Positions 42,111-56,037 of a stretch of DNA of 64,000 nucleotides are shown here, piece after piece. The position numbers and the translations under genes are program-made. The stretch is taken from assembly GCF_009914755.1 (NCBI RefSeq), contig NC_060926.1; one strand, written 5' to 3'. Within the stretch, counting starts at the first letter, position 1. The number at the start of each line of letters is the position of its first letter. Under the pieces are notes generated by a model, which made no database searches, was not told where the DNA came from, and worked only from the letters and a program-made list of their open reading frames with translations. The stretch comes from the human T2T-CHM13v2.0 reference genome, Homo sapiens.

Positions 42111-43012
42111 TGGAACTGTGTTCTTGATTTGGCTCTCAGTTTGGACGTTATTGGTGTGAAATAATGTAGAAATGCTACTAATTTTTGCACATTGATTTTG
42201 TATCCTGAAACTTTATCGAAGTCATTTGTCAGTTCTAGGGGCCTTTTGGTGGAGTTTTTCGGGGTTTTCTAGCCATAGAATCATATCAGCAGCAAAGAGA
42301 GAGAGTCTGACTTCTTCGTTTCCTATTTGGATGCCTTTACTTTCTTTCTGTTGCCTGATTACTCTGACTAGCACTTCCAGTACTATGTTGAATAGAAGTG
42401 GTGAGAGTGGGCATCCTCATCTTGTTCCAGTTATCCAGGGGAATGCTCTTAAAACATTTTCAATTCTGCTAGAGAAGAGAGGAAGGCAAATGAAATGGAT
42501 AAAACTCATAAGAAATGTTAATCACCCTTCAGGCAAGGGCACATTTGAAAAGCACCACTCTTGGGCATGGACCTCTGATCATCCTTCTACTTCCTCACTC
42601 CTAAGTGATAGTGCATAGCCCAGGAACACCCACCACCTGCTGTCCTCCAATAGGAAAGGAAAAGGCAAGATGACAAAAGAAAAAACCTTCTCAGAGTCAA
42701 CAGACCACACAAGAAAAAGATACCTTGAAAGCAAAAACAACCTATCAGTAGACTTCCTGGGGACATCATGAGGCAGCCAGCATAGCTCTTTGGTCTTTGT
42801 TGCATGCATTGAGGCATCCCAAATATCCTAACGCGAATAGAATTGTTAGTCATCAGACTACGTGCAATAACATGACAGGTGGTAGAAGAAACTTTGAGAC
42901 CACGAAGAAATGAGAATGCCTCTATTTTTTATTAATTTTTATGAATGCCTATATTTTTTGGCATACAAATGCAAACATTTGTTTTCTCCTTAATTCAGAT
43001 GGGTTAACTCCA

Positions 43013-43322
43013 TTTCTTTTTATTTTATTTTTATACTATAAGTTCTAGGGTACATGTGCACAATGCGCAGGTTAGTTACATATGTATACATGTGCCATGT
43101 TGGTGTGCTGCACCCATTAACTCGTCATTTACATTAGGTATTTCTACTAATGCTATCCCTCCCCCTCCCCCGACCCCACAACAGGCCCTGGTGTGTGATG
43201 TTCCCTGCCCTGTGTCCCAAGTGTTCTCATTGTTCAGTTCCCACCTATGAGTGAGAACATGCGGTGTTTGGTTTTCTGTCCTTGGATAGTTTGCTCAGAA
43301 TGATGGTTTCTAGCTTCATCCA
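43013..43322 (-). mobile_element. L1PA4/5-type LINE-1 3' end
   Basis: aagttctagggtacatgtgcacaatgcgcaggttagttacatatgtatacatgtgccatgttggtgtgctgcacccattaactcgtcattt...gagtgagaacatgcggtgtttgg. Confidence 0.93.
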
Positions 43323-43695
43323 ACCCAGCAGCTAGTCATGGTTCTCCGACATGGGCTGGAGTCCTTTTGGAGTATTTTCACAAATAGTCCCCGTCAGTAG
43401 AAGTCAGATCTGTCTTTAGTGTTGTATAGAAACATCCATCCATTATTTTTTCAATCTCAGAACTTGATGGCTTCAATTTTCCATTATCCATCATGGAGGG
43501 TGAAGACCTTTTAGAAGCAGACAGCATCATACGTCCACATAGGTCACGGGACAAACAGTGCTGATCACTGCCTGTTGACAAAGTGTTGACAGTAAGGGAG
43601 GGGAGGAAACATTTTCTTGTAGCTAGAGAGGTTTTTTGAGGAGGTGGGTTGGAGTGAGGACAAGGGGAAGCCAGTCTGGCTGCTACATTGACCTA

Positions 43696-44057
<362 letters not shown>

Positions 44058-45884
44058 CTACGAAAGACATGGCATACAGTATCATAAGTTACTGCAAAAG
44101 ATGCCTAATTCCCTGGAGATCAAGATCTAATAACAAATACGAGGAAAACTTTAAACCCCAAGTTGTGGGGTGTGTGGTAAGGTGGGGGCGGATGTGTCAG
44201 CTAGAACCTTGCTGAGAACGATTGCTCTGCAGCTCTGTCATCTCAGCTCATCTAATGACCAAAAGCAGATGGAAGTTTTTGTGTGACCTCTCCAAGGCCT
44301 TCTTAATGGTCAGAGAGAATTTTCCTTTTATGGCCTCCCCCCTTTCCCCTTCATAGCATTGTGGGAGAGAGAGATTCATTCACAACCAATTTGCATGGCA
44401 ATTTTTTAGAGGTTTTATGATCTCTCAAGCAAAATAAAATCTTCTTTACTTTCATTTGATCTGAAAAGGTACCACTTTTGGAAACTGTCCAGGGGAAGCA
44501 CGGGACCCCTGGATTTGGATCCAGTTCAAGGTGGCCTTGATGAAAATAGACCCCTATCCTGCATTTTACATCTCCTTCCTGGCTTTTCTATTCTCTCAAA
44601 CCTGCAAACCCATATTCTTTTTGCCTTCGTTTGCTGTCATTTACCCCCTAGCATGCTGATTCTCAGCTGCCAGGGCCCCAAGTCCTTAACTTGCTCTCCA
44701 GTTATTCCTGGGATGCTTCCTGGCAAGGCTCCAGCTGCTGGCATCATTGCTCTTGTCCTGATGTGTGTGTGTGTGATTCTCATGACCAAGCTGGGCTCTG
44801 CCTGGGCCTGCGATCCCCGCTGAATCCCCTGCACCTCATGTAGGGTAGGCACATCGGCATTCTATCACATTCCATGGAGAGAATGAGAGAAGAACTGTGC
44901 TGATTCCTGACTGCCAGACAGCAGATATGAGCCCCTCAAAGAGAGTCTCAGGAAACTCACAGCACCCTGAGCCACCTGTATCTCCCTTCCCACCCTGGGC
45001 AGGTCATTCATCATCCTTGTCCCCTGATTTCTGTAGAGACCTGCTCCAAGCGCTTACCTGACGGTTGCCATGTTGTACCTGCCCTGGCAATTGTTGGCTC
45101 CTCCTCAGCCAAGGCCTGCTGCTATTGCTGTACCAGTTCAGGGAGTCATGTTCCCGGTGCTCTGTGAAAAATGGGGATTTATTGGGCAGCAAGGTGGTGC
45201 GCTCCAGTGTGCGCCACATCTGTTTGGTCTTGTACTGTTTGGTATATACACAGTCCCTCGGTGGGAGTTGTTGGTTAGCCTTCCAACTGTGCAGTAGGTT
45301 TTTCTCCTCTCGCCATGCCTGGTCTAGTAGCATTCTCCCCAGAAGAACGTTGCTGCTGGTCTGCTTAAGAGACCTGGATGGGCCCCTGCCTGGCAATGAC
45401 CCAGGAAACAATGGGGGTGCTAGTGCAGGAGACACCATGCTTAAATTTTAAAAGGAATAGTTAATTCTTCTTGGGCTCCCAGTTTCTGGGAAGCTGTGCT
45501 GTGTTTGTGTGAGTTAGGTGTCCAAAGTGGTCAGCTATCTAACCTCTCTGTACAAAATCTCCTTATGTTTTCCTCGTGCCATGTGTCTAAGCACATATCT
45601 CTATGAAGCAACGGCATCTCTTTGCCCATTTTGTACTTCTTTGGGTGGTATCATTCGGATGTGCTTCCCTGAGGCGATGTCTGTGTTTTCTAACAGCTCA
45701 GACTTTGGCAGCTCTTGCATCTATTGCAGCCTGTTTATATGAGACACCTATAAAAACATTCAGCCTGCACCGTGGGTGTGCCAGCAGCACCCTATGACCT
45801 GATTTTAAATCACAGTGTGTGAGTGGCCATCGTCTTATGGGCCAGGGCATTTTTAAATGGTGTAACGAGGACAGCGCATGGCCC

Positions 45885-46070
45885 ATAGCAGAAAGCTTTG
45901 ACGCCCTGATATGGTCACTGTGACCAAGTGGCCTTGGCAAGTTGCATAAACCCCATGACTCAGTTTCTTCGTCTGTGAAAGGGAGATATTGATACTCAGG
46001 ATGAGAATCAAGAGGAGAGAATGCTTGTTAGAGTTTCATAAAAATGAAAAGTAGTGCTATTGATTTATTT
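45885..46070 (+). mobile_element. MIR
   Basis: gtggccttggcaagttgcataaaccccatgactcagtttcttcgtctgtgaaagggagata. Confidence 0.65.
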
Positions 46071-47344
46071 TGCGCTGTGACCAGTTCACTCAAACTCTTG
46101 CACACCCAGCTGGGTAAATGCCAGCCTCAAGGTGTTTTCTTCTTGAATGAAGTACTTGGTTTTTTCAGACAAGGTACATTCTAGCAAGTAAAACCCCAAC
46201 ATATCCCAGTGTTCTCTTGAAAGCTAACATGAAGTGGGGGAAGTGAAATACTTCAACTCTAGAAGCCAAACACTCAGAATGTCTTGGCAGTTGCTTGGGG
46301 CTGCACAGTGTGCTTTTGAAAGCTTTTGCCATTTATAAGAGCAAAGTACCCTGATAACCTTTTGTGTCTGGGATTTCAGTCCAAATCAAATAGCCTCTGT
46401 GTATCCCATGGATTCTGAAATTTTTATGGGATGTGTGGGGCTGTTTTGCCATGATGAATGTGACATGTGCTACTTCATGTGGCCTTTCTTTTTTATCTAA
46501 AGAGGCTTGGCTTGCAGAATGGAGGCTCAGCTCCCACAGTTCTTAAAGGATCCTATTGTTTGTCTCCTATGTCAGCATCCCCTGAAGAATAAGGATCACC
46601 TGGTTTTCAACGGAACCAGGAGTTTATTCTTCAGATTGGAGACACACTCCCAATTCTGGTTAATAAGCTGGTTTTGAGGTGGAAGGAAAGGACCCTAGTG
46701 ATCATCTGGTACAACGTGGTGCACCTTTTCCAGGTAAAAACTAGAGGCTCAGAAAGCAAAGAGGCCTTTGCTGACTCCTGGAGCTTGCCCGGCACCGAAC
46801 AGACCAGCCGACCCCTTCCTGGTGGCTCAGTGCTTCTCTTTCTCTGATGAGTCCTGAAGAGGCTTCCTCACCTGGAGAATCAGGGGTTTCTCAGGCCCTG
46901 CTTCCAGAGAATCCATAAGAATGAGGCTTTCTGGGCTCAGCCGGCGCACTCTCCACCCAGAGGTTTTGGGAGGGCCACGCCACAGGCCAACTACCCACTC
47001 TGCCTGAATCGCCTTATCTCTCTGTGTGCTCTCCACAATCTGCTCTCTGCCGTGAGTAGCATAAGATAAGGAAGGCTGGGTGCTAGAGGCAGCTGGGTAC
47101 AGGGAGAAACAAGGACAAGGATGGACACGGACCGTCCACTTGACTTGTGGGAACCAGCTGACTCTCTTAGGTGCGGACATCTGACTTTTTTCAGATAGAC
47201 TGAACGCACAGAGCTCATTCATGCCTATGAAGGAGACTAAACTGCCTACTTACTTGACCAGCTTTTAATAGTGCTTCTCATGTATGCCAGGCGGGGTCAG
47301 GGTCAGCTGCAGGATTTTCTCACCCGTACTTTTTAATCCCATAA

Positions 47345-47766
<422 letters not shown>

Positions 47767-49998
47767 TCATTTGGGAGGGGGGACCCTGTGTTCGACAGTC
47801 ATCGTTACAGACACGAGTTTGCTCATTTGCTTTGACAGCAGTCACTTGGAGGGAAGCACTATGCTCTTCCCATTTTCCATACAGGCCACCGGGGCGCAGA
47901 TAAGTTAAATGACTGGCATGAGGACAGTCAGAACAGGAACTTGAATTTCACTGTTTAGAGAAGAACCAGAAATAGAACAGCTCGTTTTTATTTACTTTTT
48001 CTGAAATGTTGCTTTGAAGAAAATAGGATGTGTGTAAATCAAATCCAGCATCTGAACCTGCCTTCTTTAGCTTCAGCAGGTTTTTCTTGAGCAGGAGGTC
48101 ACTGTGCGGCGGCTGGGTGCATGCCGGAGTAGGAAACCACTCCAGTTTGGTGTCCGTGCTCGACTCCACCCTTCGGAGGAGGAGGCTGCGTGTGAAAGGG
48201 TACAAAAGAGGAACGCTTGCAGGAAAATCTTTTTTAGGACAAAATCATTATTCTGTTCCTTGCTGTCTTTTAGTAGCGATCCAGCTTTCCAAAATTGTTT
48301 CTCTGGCTGTAATAAGGATTGTTAAATCAGGACACTCATTATGTCTCTCCTCATTTTGGAGTCAGGTACATCTTTCTTCAGCTGAGCTTAACCTAGAAGC
48401 CAGCATGGAAAGGTAGGGGTCACCTGGACCACATTTGTCAAACAGCTTTTCACCTGGGTCTCATCATCCCGGGCCTGGAAAACCCGAGATGGACTGAATT
48501 TATGGGGAAGCCTCCTAGAAGTCACTCAGGGTCACCCCAAAACATATCCTCCTGCCCCTCTTCCCCTCCACAGCTGAGCACAGACCTCAGCACTCAATGT
48601 AATATAAAGGAAATACATGCAAGCAAGATATTACCGACTTTTGAGTAACAGGGTTTTCTAAGTCATTGTTCCTCGGTTTGACTCCTGGGGAGTATCTCCG
48701 TAGTGATTCACTTAACTGATTAAGGGCAGTTCAGAGCATCCTAACCCCACTCCCGCCACCAGCCTTGGTTGTAAGCAGAGATGCCAGGCTCTCTTTGCAG
48801 GATGGCAGTGAGGAGCCCAGTTAGGTTACTTCCACTTTGTCTACCTTCCTGCTGCTACCGTTTATGAAAACAGAAGCAAAATCTGAACATAAACATCAAT
48901 AAAGTAATTTGATTGACATACATATACACACACAAAATCAAATTTGCCCTAGCGACCTCACTTCGATGTGTACCACCCCCATCCCAGAGAGGTGGGATCA
49001 GCCACCCAGTGCCTTCTCAGAATAAGCATATTACCCTGACCCGAGCCATTTCTGTTTTGTTTTCTTCTCCCCACCTGGAATCCTTGAATAACATCTGTCT
49101 GAATTATTCTGGGCTGTATATCATTTCAGAGAGTTCTAGGAAACAACACTGAAACTGATTTAAGAAGGCTTTTCAGCTGGAAGACATGGCCACTCAACGC
49201 CTGCGCCTGGGGACAGTGGTGGTAGGGGAGGGTGAGGTTGGGATGACCTGTGGTAGGACCAACCATGGAATAACAGGGTCAGGAGTTAACGATTCAAGGG
49301 GTGCCTCCGAGTTCCCATTGTGCAGGTCAGGGGTGGCTCTACCGAGTGAATGCCCTTCTTCTTTCTTCCGTACGCACGGAACTGTTTTGCATCTTGGTTC
49401 CAATGCCTCCCTGGGTTCTATGGCATTGCAGCTTTGCCCCGTCGTGAAGGCAAGTCCCCGGGCCACATGTATAATGTTGGGGGAAAGAGGTATACAGGGT
49501 TTGGGAGGAATGGGGTTTTCCTCCATTTTCCCAGATAGGGAAATGTGTGGTCAGAAATATGAAAGAACTTTGAAAAGAACATGAGATGAGGTCTGTGAAT
49601 TGTGAAACATGGTGCTCCTCTTAGTTCTGGGGCAGATTTTTCAGGATCAAGAACTAAAACCAAGAATACCTTTGAACACTTTAGTGTGGCTCATCTGGTG
49701 GCCACACTCACATTGCTATTTCCAGTAAATTACATCGCTTACAGACACTAGAGCCATACAGCAGCGGGACCCCATCCTTCCAGAGTTATTAATGTTCTAG
49801 GACAAATCTAGTATCCCAAGGAGATTTTCTTTCAGCTAAAGCAGAAGCCTGAATTCACTTGAGTTCGGGCAGAATAGATAATTCATCCAGATTACTTGAG
49901 GCCCCAAATGGATCTGACAGTCTAAAAGTTAGATTGTAAAAGGCCGTATTGATCCTAATATCTTATTCTCTTTCTTATACCTAACTAGGGATTGCCAT

Positions 49999-50306
49999 TT
50001 TTATTTATTTTGTTTTTTTGAGATGAATTTTTGCTCTTGTCACCCAGGCTGGAATGCAATGGTGCGATCTTGGCTCACTGCAACCTCTGCCTTCTGGGTT
50101 CCAGCTATTCTCCTGGGATTACAGGCATGCGCCATCACGTCCAGCTAATTTTTTTGTATTTTTAGTAGAGACGGTTTTGTATTTTTAGTAGAGACGAGGT
50201 TTCTCCATGTTGGCCAGGCTGATCTCGAACTCCTGACCTCAGGTGATCCACCCGCCTTGGCCTCCCAAAATGCTGCGATTACAGGCATGAGCCACCGCAC
50301 CTGGCC
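49999..50306 (-). mobile_element. Alu (Sp/Sq-type) with internal deletion and tandem duplication
   Basis: TSD ggattgccattttt. ttttgtatttttagtagagacg occurs twice. Confidence 0.92.
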
Positions 50307-50569
50307 TGGATTGCCATTTTTAGACACACAGTTTACCTTTTAATTTTGCACTGTCCTGTTTTGATAACTACCTGGAAAATACTTGGGGTTAGCTGCTAAT
50401 CTGATTGAAGATAAATGGAGTTTTCCTCAGATTGGTCTTTTTGCCCTTTTCAAGCTGAAGTAAAGAACAGTTGGGCGTATGCTGGGAGGAGGAGATATGG
50501 AAGAGAGACACTGTTGTCCTCAACTGTGATTCTAATCCAGGAAGTGTCCTTTAGAGAGGAGGGTCAGGG

Positions 50570-50700
50570 AATGACAGAGCTGGACGAGACCTTAGAGGTC
50601 AGGAAGCCAGCACCATCATTTTACAGAAGGGGAAACTGAGGCTGAGGCTCATCAGTGGCAGAACCCAGGGTGGGAACAGGTCTTCAGCCTTCTGTCATGA
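50570..50700 (-). mobile_element. MIR
   Basis: catcattttacagaaggggaaactgaggct...agtggcagaacccagg. Confidence 0.65.
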
Positions 50701-50972
50701 GGTCACCATCTGCCTTTCCACCTCATTCTCTGCAGCACCCTTTCTTTCTTGCCCTACCTGTCTTTCAGTGGCAGTGTTAATTATTTTAGACACAAGAACG
50801 TGATTGTAGCTGTGACATCAGAAAACGACTATCTTTCAAGCCCTGAAATTGTCATCCCTGGGTTAGCTTTTTTTTTTTTTTTTAATAATTCCCCTAAGTC
50901 AGATGGGTTATAATAAACATTTAAGATTTGCTTTTCATGAATATGTGTGCTGATTTAATTTTTCCTGAAGAT

Positions 50973-51271
50973 TATTTCTTTTTTATTTGAGACAGAGTTT
51001 TGCTCTTGTTGCCCAGGCTGGAGTGTAGTGGTGCAATCTCAGCTCACTGAAACCTCCACCTCCTGGGTTCACACGATTCTTCTGCCTCCACCTCCTGAGT
51101 AGCTGGGATTACAGGCACCCACCACCACGCCTGACTAATTTTTGTATTTTTAGTAGAGAAGAGGTTTCACCATGTTACCCAGGCTGGTCTCGAATTCCTG
51201 ACCTCAGGTGATCTGCCTGCCTCGGCCTCCCAAAGTACTGGGATTACAGATGTGAGCCACCATGCCTGGCC
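50973..51271 (-). mobile_element. Alu (Sq/Sx-type)
   Basis: Full antisense dimer. TSD core tgaagatt. Confidence 0.93.
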
Positions 51272-51597
51272 TTTCTCTTGAAGATTGATTTGCATAGTCA
51301 GTACGCTGAGATGGAGAGAGCAGGACACCGGGGTCAGAAGACCCCTGGTCTAGGCCCTTTTAGCTGCAGAGAAGTGACTGACTTTACATCCTCTGAGAAA
51401 TTGAGATAACAAGGCCTGCCTTCTCAAAGGGGTGTTCATAATAATCGGAGGAGATAATGAGGGTGAATTTGCTTTGAAAATTGTTAGTACTGCTTAGAAA
51501 GTTTAAGGGGTGCTTTGCTCCATTGCTTTGGATCAGTTATTTTTTAATATACAGAGAAGAGATTAAATTTTAGAAATATATATTAAATATATATTTA

Positions 51598-52414
<817 letters not shown>

Positions 52415-52769
52415 TATTTCTATACAGATTATTTTTGTAATCCTTCGAATTTTTTATGCTTTCATTTTATTTTTATCAAAAATTGCTGCCAGGCATGTCT
52501 AGAGTTTTTGTTTCATATCAGTTAAGAATATTTGTGCTTCACTTTTGAAGTCCATCTTCTTCTATAGATACTCTTAGAACCGTAAACAGCTACTCTATGT
52601 TTAAATAATATTTTTTTCTTTTTGATGGAATTTAGGATTAACTTGAAAATTGCTCATGGTTAGTAGATGCAGAGTGCGTGAAGGCAGATTTTTCTCATCT
52701 ATATTCAGGGAATTTTATGCTTTACATGAACAGCAGATGTTAGTGGCATTACTCCGTTCACCTATCCAG

Positions 52770-53105
52770 GCCCCGGGGCCTTTGCTCATACTGTTACTGC
52801 TGCCCTGGAACACCCTTCCTTCCGTCGTTGCTTGCCAATTCTTGTTCACCCTTTCGGACAGCTCTGGCTTCTAAGATCCTGCCCACAGGGGTCGAATGTC
52901 TGTCCTCTGGGCTCTGACAGAGACTCCTGCATGTCTGTTACATGGCAGTATCTAAATTTTACAGTTCCAAGGTTACCGGTGTGGCTCTCCTTCACTTAAC
53001 TACAGCGAAGACTGTAGGTTCCCGGGAGTGGGGACCACGTGTTTTTTCTCCTGTCTTTTAGGAGCTGCTGTAGAGTAGACTTGCTCTATCCATGTTTATT
53101 GAACT
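52770..53105 (+). mobile_element. L2 3' fragment
   Basis: ggggcctttgctcatactgttactgctgccctggaacacccttcct...gactgtaggttccc...gggaccacgtg...catgtttattgaa. Confidence 0.6.
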
Positions 53106-53584
53106 GCGCTGAAGGACAGGAAGCCTCTGCTCATTTGAATGGAGACCCATCTTTTAAAATTATTCATTTTTAGGTCCTTGAGACGCACCATTTTATTAAA
53201 TCCACTGTGTTCACAGACCCGGCTTCCTCACAACCCTCTAATGCAACCTTCTGGTAGCCGCTTTATACCCTGGACAATCTTCTCTCCACAGCCCCCATTT
53301 TTTTTTTTAATCTTAACCCCCACAGCAACCTGATGTTCCTGAGGCTTTGTTTGGGGTTTAGAATCTGGAATTCCAGAGTCGATCTGTCAGAGAACATCAG
53401 ATGCCTGTGAAGTCATCAGTTTCACAGTGGTGGGGCAGGGAACATTGAGAACCATATCCATCAGAGAAAGTCACATGTGCGAAGGGAAAGAGCAAGGGGC
53501 AAACAGCAGTTTGATTCCATTTTTGTTTAAAAAAATGGAAAAGTGAAAAGAATGATCGTCTAAAAATAAGCACGAGGAAGTCTA

Positions 53585-53830
53585 GAACACGGTGCTTACC
53601 AGTCAAGTTTGGAGTCAGGCAGCTGGGGTTTGCATCTCTGCTCCACTTCTGATTGGCTGTGCAACTTAGGAAAGTGGCTTCAGTCCAGGGTCTCCATTCC
53701 TCCTCTGTACAGTGGGGATAATTGTAGGATCTGCTTCAGGATGTTGTTCTGAGGATTCACGGAGACAACATATGCAAAGCCCTACAGTTGTGCCTGGCAT
53801 ATAGTGAGCAAACAGTGCCTATTACTTGTT
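53585..53830 (+). mobile_element. MIR
   Basis: ttggagtcaggcagctggggtttgcatctctgctccactt...ggctgtgcaacttaggaaagtggctt...gtgcctggcatatagtgagca. Confidence 0.8.
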
Positions 53831-53846
53831 ACTGTTCAATTTTCTA

Positions 53847-54155
<309 letters not shown>

Positions 54156-54359
54156 CTACAGTGACTGTGTATGCCCATGCCAAATATACCTATGAAAAAT
54201 TTGGAGAAAGTGTTAAAACAAGCATAATCCCTATTTGTGTGCCTAAGATCTTGCTGTGGGCCTGTGTAAAGTGGCCAGAGGGGCTGGTGACTAGTTGATG
54301 TGACCAGTGACTAAAGGTTAGAACATTCGATAACCAGACTGACCCTCCAGAATTCCATC

Positions 54360-54771
54360 TACACACACATACATACACACACAAATACATTTACACATAC
54401 ACATATACAAACATGCATATACACGTACCACATGCATACATACCTGCATATGTGTATATACATGCACACATATGCATACACACACGCATGCACAAATACA
54501 TGTATATACCCACAGAAAGACACATACATATGCACATACATGCACAGCGTATACACATGCACATATGCGCATGTACACAAATACATGTAAAGGTGCACAC
54601 ATATAACTGCACATGTATGTATACCATATACATAAGTGCATGTACATATACACAAGCATGCACAGCATATTCACATCCACATATGCATTCACACAGTACA
54701 CATATACACACATGCATGTATGCACACCATATACATGTGCACATGCATGTTCATGCATGAGTGTGCATGTA

Positions 54772-54804
<33 letters not shown>
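54360..54804. repeat. Degenerate alternating purine-pyrimidine repeat (CA/TA/TG) ending in (CA)14
   Basis: acacacacatacatacac...catatgcatacacacacgcatgcac...gcgcacacacacacacacacacacacacac. Confidence 0.93.
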
Positions 54805-54806
<2 letters not shown>

Positions 54807-55632
54807 AAGCCCCCAGGTGCCAGGAAGACTGCAGCACTGTCTTCCTAGGTATTTACATGTCCAAAGGGATGAAGCCTAGATCTTAGAGACAATTCTAGGT
54901 CATAAAAGCCCAGACTCATGAGGCTTTCTGACCCCTGGAGATATTTTATTTATACTTTAAAAGGTTGGGGTGAGAACCCAGGATCCTTTCCATCCCATCT
55001 CCAAGGAGCTAAAGGTTTCTCTCCCTTCTTTCTACTTGGGGAGGGAGGCAGCTACTCCTGCACGTAGACAGAATGCATCGTGCGCCATCCCTTGTCAATG
55101 GGAGCTAGTCTGCGCCCACATAGAAAGTTTCCTTCGACTGTCATCATCTTGCTTGTGGTCTGGGTGTCGGGGCTGCTGCTGCAGTTACTCTGGCTGTTAG
55201 TCAGGGTGTGAGTGTCAGTAAAGAAAGGGCCCTTTTCCCTGACCCAGCTGCCTCCTCTTTCTGCAGTATTCACTTATATAAAGTCCTTAGTCGTGCAAGG
55301 TGGGCAGCATCTCAGACCCTACACAGTTTCACAAAGCGGGTCCATATAACTGAGCACTTCACTGGCCTAGAGAAACCTGTGTCCTTGTCTCTGGGATGTG
55401 TTTGAGGAACTGGACGACAGGTCAGCACAGCCCACAGGTGCATTGTTGACAACAGGAGGCTCCATGTGGCCCCACCAGTGTTGCTTCTTTTAGCAAAGAC
55501 ATTCAGTGCCTCAACAAACAGCCAGTTTTTACACATTGTAGCTGGATTCTTTTTACAGAAAAGTACAGCTCTATCATAATGAAGTGATTCTGTCCTAAGC
55601 TGTTCCTGAGAGGAGTAGGAAATGCTGGGATC

Positions 55633-56037
<405 letters not shown>

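Larger units (their letters stand above)
40070..42447 (-). mobile_element. L1PA15/16-type LINE-1, 5'-truncated (~2.1 kb), split by Alu
   Basis: ttttattttagattcaggggatacatgtgcaggtttgttacctggg...ggcctccagctgcatcc...gtgcagaagctctttagtttaattaggtcccac...ttcctatttggatgcc...gtggtgagagtgggcatcct. Confidence 0.93.

Noticed and set aside
45004-45451. Overlapping 128-144 aa ORFs with a + acceptor at 45036 and a minus-strand CAG|GTAAGC donor at 45058
   Set aside because: No recognisable protein features and no matching partner splice site giving a plausible exon.
54318-54879. Cys/Val/Tyr- and His/Thr-rich ORFs
   Set aside because: Translations of the dinucleotide-type repeat.
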